A stretch of 64,000 bases of DNA from an uncultured Hyphomicrobiales bacterium (lineage in GTDB: Bacteria; Bacteroidota; Ignavibacteria; Kapaibacteriales; UBA2268). Numbering within the stretch: the stretch's first letter is position 1; each line of letters begins with the position of its first letter. The position numbers and the translations under genes are program-made. Where the stretch lies: NCBI GenBank assembly GCA_964606895.1, contig CAZSHX010000005.1:16936-80935 (forward strand). The letters are read 5' to 3'. This document shows positions 60,156-64,000 of this stretch, piece by piece. The notes beneath the pieces are model-generated. The model searched no databases. It worked only from the letters and a program-made list of their open reading frames with translations, and had not been told where the DNA came from.

Positions 60156-63119
60156 ATGCAAAGAAAAATAACACTATTCATGTTTAACATCATAGTCTTC
60201 ATTGCCCAATTCTCGATTGGCTCTGCCCAAAGCTGGAAAGAACTTATGGACAGCACAAATTTTTATAAATCCAAAAATGATTTTCAAACTGCCATAAAAT
60301 GGGCAAAATCAGCACTGAATGTAGGAGAACAGGAATTTGGTAGGAATGATACTAATTATTATTTTAACCTCGTATCTCTTGCTGAAAATTATTTTTTTCT
60401 TGGTAAGGTTGATTCAGCTATAGTTTATGCAGAGGCAAATATGAAAATTTGCAGAGCTAAGAACAAGCCGGATGATCCATATTTATCTGCATCAATTTCC
60501 TGGTTAGCAACCTATTATGACAGGCATGGTGATTATTCCTTAGCTGAACCCTTATACCTTGAGGCACTTGAAATAAACAAAAGAATATATAATAAGAATG
60601 ATCCGAATTTAGCGGCTACTTTTAACAATCTTGCACTGTTTTATAGTAACCGTAGTGAATATTCAAAAGCAGAACCTTTGTATTTGAATTCCCTGGAAAT
60701 TTTGAGAAGTGCTTTTAAAGAAGATCATCCTAATTTAGCCGCAACTTTAAATAATCTTGGGCTATTCTATAATAACAGAAGTGATTATAAAAAAGCAGAA
60801 CCGCTATATAAAGAATCACTTGAAATGTCCAGAAGATTGTTTAAGGGTGATCATCCTGATCTTGTAAAGATAATTAATGGGTTAGCTTCCTTTTACGAAA
60901 ATATTGGCAATTACAATCAGGCTGAGATTCTGTTCAATGAATCACTTGATATGAGAAGACGGCTTTTTAAAAATGACAATCCTGCATTAGCATTGGGAAT
61001 TCATAGTATGGGTCGGTTTTATAGAACCAGAGGTGATTTGAAGAAGGCTGAACCACTTATAAAAGAAGCATTGGATATGGGAAGACGTATCTTCAAAGGT
61101 GACCATCGGGATTTAGCCGTTTATATAAAAGAAATGGGAATATTCTACAAAGAAAAACGAGAATTTAATTTGGCTGAACCATTCCACAAGGAAGCTCTCG
61201 ATATGAATAGAAGAATATTTAAAACAGATAATATTAATTTGGCTCAAAGTATAAATGACCTTGGAATATTTTATTTTTATAGTGGTGATTTTATCAAAGC
61301 AGAACCATGTTTAAAAGAAGCATTGGAAATATATAAAAGATTATTTAAAAATGAACAAAGAAGTACAATTATAAGTGTCTACAATCTTGCATCTTTATAC
61401 TATACAAAAGGTGACTTTGAACTTGCCGAGAAATATTTTTTAGATGTTATTGAATATGAAAAAAGTCTTCTCAATAATTATTTCCCTTCATTATCAGAAA
61501 AAGAAAAACAACTTTATTGGAATTCTACTACAATTCATTTTCAAGCCTTTAATAGTTTTTCTACAAAGAGATATAATGAAAATCCTGCAATATTAGGCAA
61601 TATGTATGATAACCAATTATATACCAAATCTATACTATTCAATTCTACCAGTAAAATTAAAAAAAGAATAGTTAATTCGAATGATCAAACTCTCATTGAC
61701 AAATTCAAAACTTTTAATGATAAAAAAGAACTTTTAGTAAAACTATATGCAATGACTGACGATACGAGAAAAAAAAAGGGATTTAATATTGATTCTATTG
61801 AAAAAATCACTAACGATCTTGAAAAAGAATTAAGTCTGAAATCAGAACTATATACTCAGAGTTATGAAAAAAAAAAAGTAACTTGGAAAACAGTTCAAGC
61901 AATTTTAAAGCCTGATGAAGCCGCAGTTGAAGTTGTAAGGTTCAGATATTTTGATAAAAAGAGATTGACTGATACTGTTTATTATGCATTTCTTATCATT
62001 AATGATCTGACTGAAGAACATCCGGATATAGTTTTGCTTGAAAATGGGAACCAATTAGAAAACGAATTCTACAATGATTACAGGGCAAATACTAACAAAA
62101 AGAATATTGATAAAAATTCTTTTGACAGATTCTGGGCGAAGCTTTTTGACAAAATCAAAGAGTATAAAAAAGTATATTTTTCTGCTGATGGTATCTACAA
62201 CAAACTTAATCCATCAACATTTCAGCTCCCTGATGGTAAATACTTGCTTGATTTACAGGACATTCAGCAAGTTAATAGTACAAGAGATTTGTTAATCGGG
62301 TACTATCAAACCAAGCAGGAAAGTAATATTTTCAACAGTGCTTTGTTAATCGGCAATCCAAATTTTAATCTTTCTGAGGAAGAAGTGAAAGTTGCAACCA
62401 GAAAAATTCGAAGTAAAACTGATGAAGAAAAATCCTATGAACCTATGGCAAGCACCAGAGGTATAAGCCTTAGCAAACTCCCGGGCACAGAAAAGGAAGT
62501 CAGCGATATTGAGAAATTCCTGAAGGGTAGAAATTGGATCGTAAACAGTTATCTTGGAGATAATGCCCTGAAAACTGCAATCAAGACAGCAAACAATCCA
62601 AGAGTATTGCACATAGCCACTCACGGTTTGTTCCTAGAAGATGTAAAAAGAGAATCAAGTGAATTGTTTGGTTTTAGCGAAAAAAATATGATAGAAAATC
62701 CTCTGTTAAGGTCAGGGTTGTTTTTTACGGGTGCAGATAACTATCTTAAAAGAGAAAATTCAAACGCGGAGAATGAAGAAGATAACGGACTCCTTACAGC
62801 TTACGAAGCAATGAATCTTGATTTAGACAAAACAGAGCTTGTAGTCCTAAGTGCTTGCGAAACAGGATTAGGAGAAATACAAAATGGTGAAGGAGTTTTC
62901 GGACTAAGGAGGGCATTCCAGCAAGCAGGGGCAAAGACAGTGATGATGTCGCTTTGGAAAGTAGATGATTCAGCAACTCAAGAATTAATGAGTTCTTTTT
63001 ACAAAAACTGGGTAACAGGTATGACCAAACGTGATGCCTTCAGCAAAGCCCAGCAGGAAGTTAAAGCAAAGTACAAAGACCCTTACTATTGGGGTGCTTT
63101 TGTGATGGTTGGAGAGTAA
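60156..63119 (+). CDS. Secreted TPR-CHAT (caspase-like) protease
   Basis: GGAG RBS before ATG 60156; signal peptide; 42-aa TPRs; CHAT dyad 'HIATHG' and 'LSACETG'; 'PYYWGAF'. Confidence 0.92.
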   Translation: MQRKITLFMFNIIVFIAQFSIGSAQSWKELMDSTNFYKSKNDFQTAIKWAKSALNVGEQEFGRNDTNYYFNLVSLAENYFFLGKVDSAIVYAEANMKICRAKNKPDDPYLSASISWLATYYDRHGDYSLAEPLYLEALEINKRIYNKNDPNLAATFNNLALFYSNRSEYSKAEPLYLNSLEILRSAFKEDHPNLAATLNNLGLFYNNRSDYKKAEPLYKESLEMSRRLFKGDHPDLVKIINGLASFYENIGNYNQAEILFNESLDMRRRLFKNDNPALALGIHSMGRFYRTRGDLKKAEPLIKEALDMGRRIFKGDHRDLAVYIKEMGIFYKEKREFNLAEPFHKEALDMNRRIFKTDNINLAQSINDLGIFYFYSGDFIKAEPCLKEALEIYKRLFKNEQRSTIISVYNLASLYYTKGDFELAEKYFLDVIEYEKSLLNNYFPSLSEKEKQLYWNSTTIHFQAFNSFSTKRYNENPAILGNMYDNQLYTKSILFNSTSKIKKRIVNSNDQTLIDKFKTFNDKKELLVKLYAMTDDTRKKKGFNIDSIEKITNDLEKELSLKSELYTQSYEKKKVTWKTVQAILKPDEAAVEVVRFRYFDKKRLTDTVYYAFLIINDLTEEHPDIVLLENGNQLENEFYNDYRANTNKKNIDKNSFDRFWAKLFDKIKEYKKVYFSADGIYNKLNPSTFQLPDGKYLLDLQDIQQVNSTRDLLIGYYQTKQESNIFNSALLIGNPNFNLSEEEVKVATRKIRSKTDEEKSYEPMASTRGISLSKLPGTEKEVSDIEKFLKGRNWIVNSYLGDNALKTAIKTANNPRVLHIATHGLFLEDVKRESSELFGFSEKNMIENPLLRSGLFFTGADNYLKRENSNAENEEDNGLLTAYEAMNLDLDKTELVVLSACETGLGEIQNGEGVFGLRRAFQQAGAKTVMMSLWKVDDSATQELMSSFYKNWVTGMTKRDAFSKAQQEVKAKYKDPYYWGAFVMVGE

Positions 63120-63181
63120 TCAAGAAATTGAAAATTTTGAATTGAAAATTAATAATTATAAGAAATAAATCAGAGGAAGTT

Positions 63182-64000
63182 ATGAAAAAGGTTTTGGTCT
63201 TTTTATTCCTATCATTGACAATTGTCCTTTGTCAATTGTCAATTGTCTCAGCCCAGACATGGAAAGAACTCATGGATAGCACAAAGTTCTATCAGGAAAA
63301 GCAGGATTTTGAAACTGCTTTAAAATGGGCGAAATTAGCTTTACCATTAGCAGAGAATGAGTTCGGGAAGAATGATACGAATTATACTTCAACCCTTAAT
63401 TCTCTTACTGAACTATTCTTTTACTTTGGAAAGATGGATTCTGCAATATCTTATGGTAATGAATGTTTATTAAAGAGCAGAAATGTTTACAAAACTGATC
63501 ATCCCAATTTAGCCGCAAGCATTAATAATATGGCATACTTTTACGTTGCCGGACGCGATTATAAGCAGGCTGGACCATTATATAAAGAAGCACTGGAGAT
63601 GAACCGACGTCTTTTCAAAGGCGACCATCCCGATTTAGCTGCAAGCATTAATAATATGGCATACTTTTATGATGGCAGAGGCAATTATGAGCAGGCAGAG
63701 GCATTATATAAAGAAGCACTGGAGATGAATAGACGTCTTTACAAAGGCGACCATCCGGATTTAGCAAGTAGCATTGGTAGAATGGCGAACTTTTATAAAG
63801 CCATAGGTGATTTTAAGCAGGCAAAGCCATTATATAAAGAAGAGCTGGAGATGAAAAGACGTCTATTCAAAGGCGACAATTCGGATTTAGCAAGTAGCAT
63901 TGATAATATTGCTGTATTTTACGATGCCATTGGTAATTATAAGCAGGCAGAGCCCTTACATAAAGAAGCACTTGAGATGTACAGACGTCTTTTCAAAGGT
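63182..64000 (+). CDS. Paralogous secreted TPR protein (probably TPR-CHAT), truncated by the window end
   Basis: Open frame from ATG 63182: MKKVLVFLFL...AQTWKELMDST..., then 42-aa TPR repeats; absent from the ORF track because no stop lies in the window. Confidence 0.85.
   Translation, partial: MKKVLVFLFLSLTIVLCQLSIVSAQTWKELMDSTKFYQEKQDFETALKWAKLALPLAENEFGKNDTNYTSTLNSLTELFFYFGKMDSAISYGNECLLKSRNVYKTDHPNLAASINNMAYFYVAGRDYKQAGPLYKEALEMNRRLFKGDHPDLAASINNMAYFYDGRGNYEQAEALYKEALEMNRRLYKGDHPDLASSIGRMANFYKAIGDFKQAKPLYKEELEMKRRLFKGDNSDLASSIDNIAVFYDAIGNYKQAEPLHKEALEMYRRLFKG

Noticed and set aside
1-64000. Complete DGR (RT, TR, Avd) within the window
   Set aside because: No ORF with RT motifs and no AAC-rich non-coding template seen; only target-like genes are present.

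Overview
AT-rich chromosomal window from an FCB-group bacterium. T9SS C-terminal domains, cgTAnnTTG-type promoter motifs and GGAG RBSs suggest a Kapabacteria/Ignavibacteria-like organism (inference). The housekeeping backbone comprises murB, ruvB, the nusA-infB-rbfA-truB-ribF-rpsO-pnp operon, an acyl-CoA dehydrogenase, mce, gpmA, a TldD/PmbA pair, glutamate dehydrogenase, an HD phosphohydrolase and xerD. It is interspersed with large T9SS-secreted proteins and accessory patches. The most notable signal is a family of three paralogous secreted Fib_succ_major (C-type-lectin-fold) genes at 29.0, 32.2 and 46.6-47.5 kb. They have near-identical 5' halves, and copies 1 and 3 have a gap-free [13 protein letters not shown] 3' segment whose codon differences look like adenine-templated (AAY->NNY) DGR mutagenesis. 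No reverse transcriptase or template repeat was seen in the window. These genes sit in cassette-like arrays punctuated by a repeated terminator+promoter module. Other oddities are a head-to-head 21-bp-period repeat array beside an uncharacterised helical protein, a hicBA module between ~125-bp direct repeats, REP-like palindromes in frame in a T9SS sorting domain, a transposase remnant, and tandem secreted TPR-CHAT genes. No rRNA, tRNA or CRISPR array was recognised.
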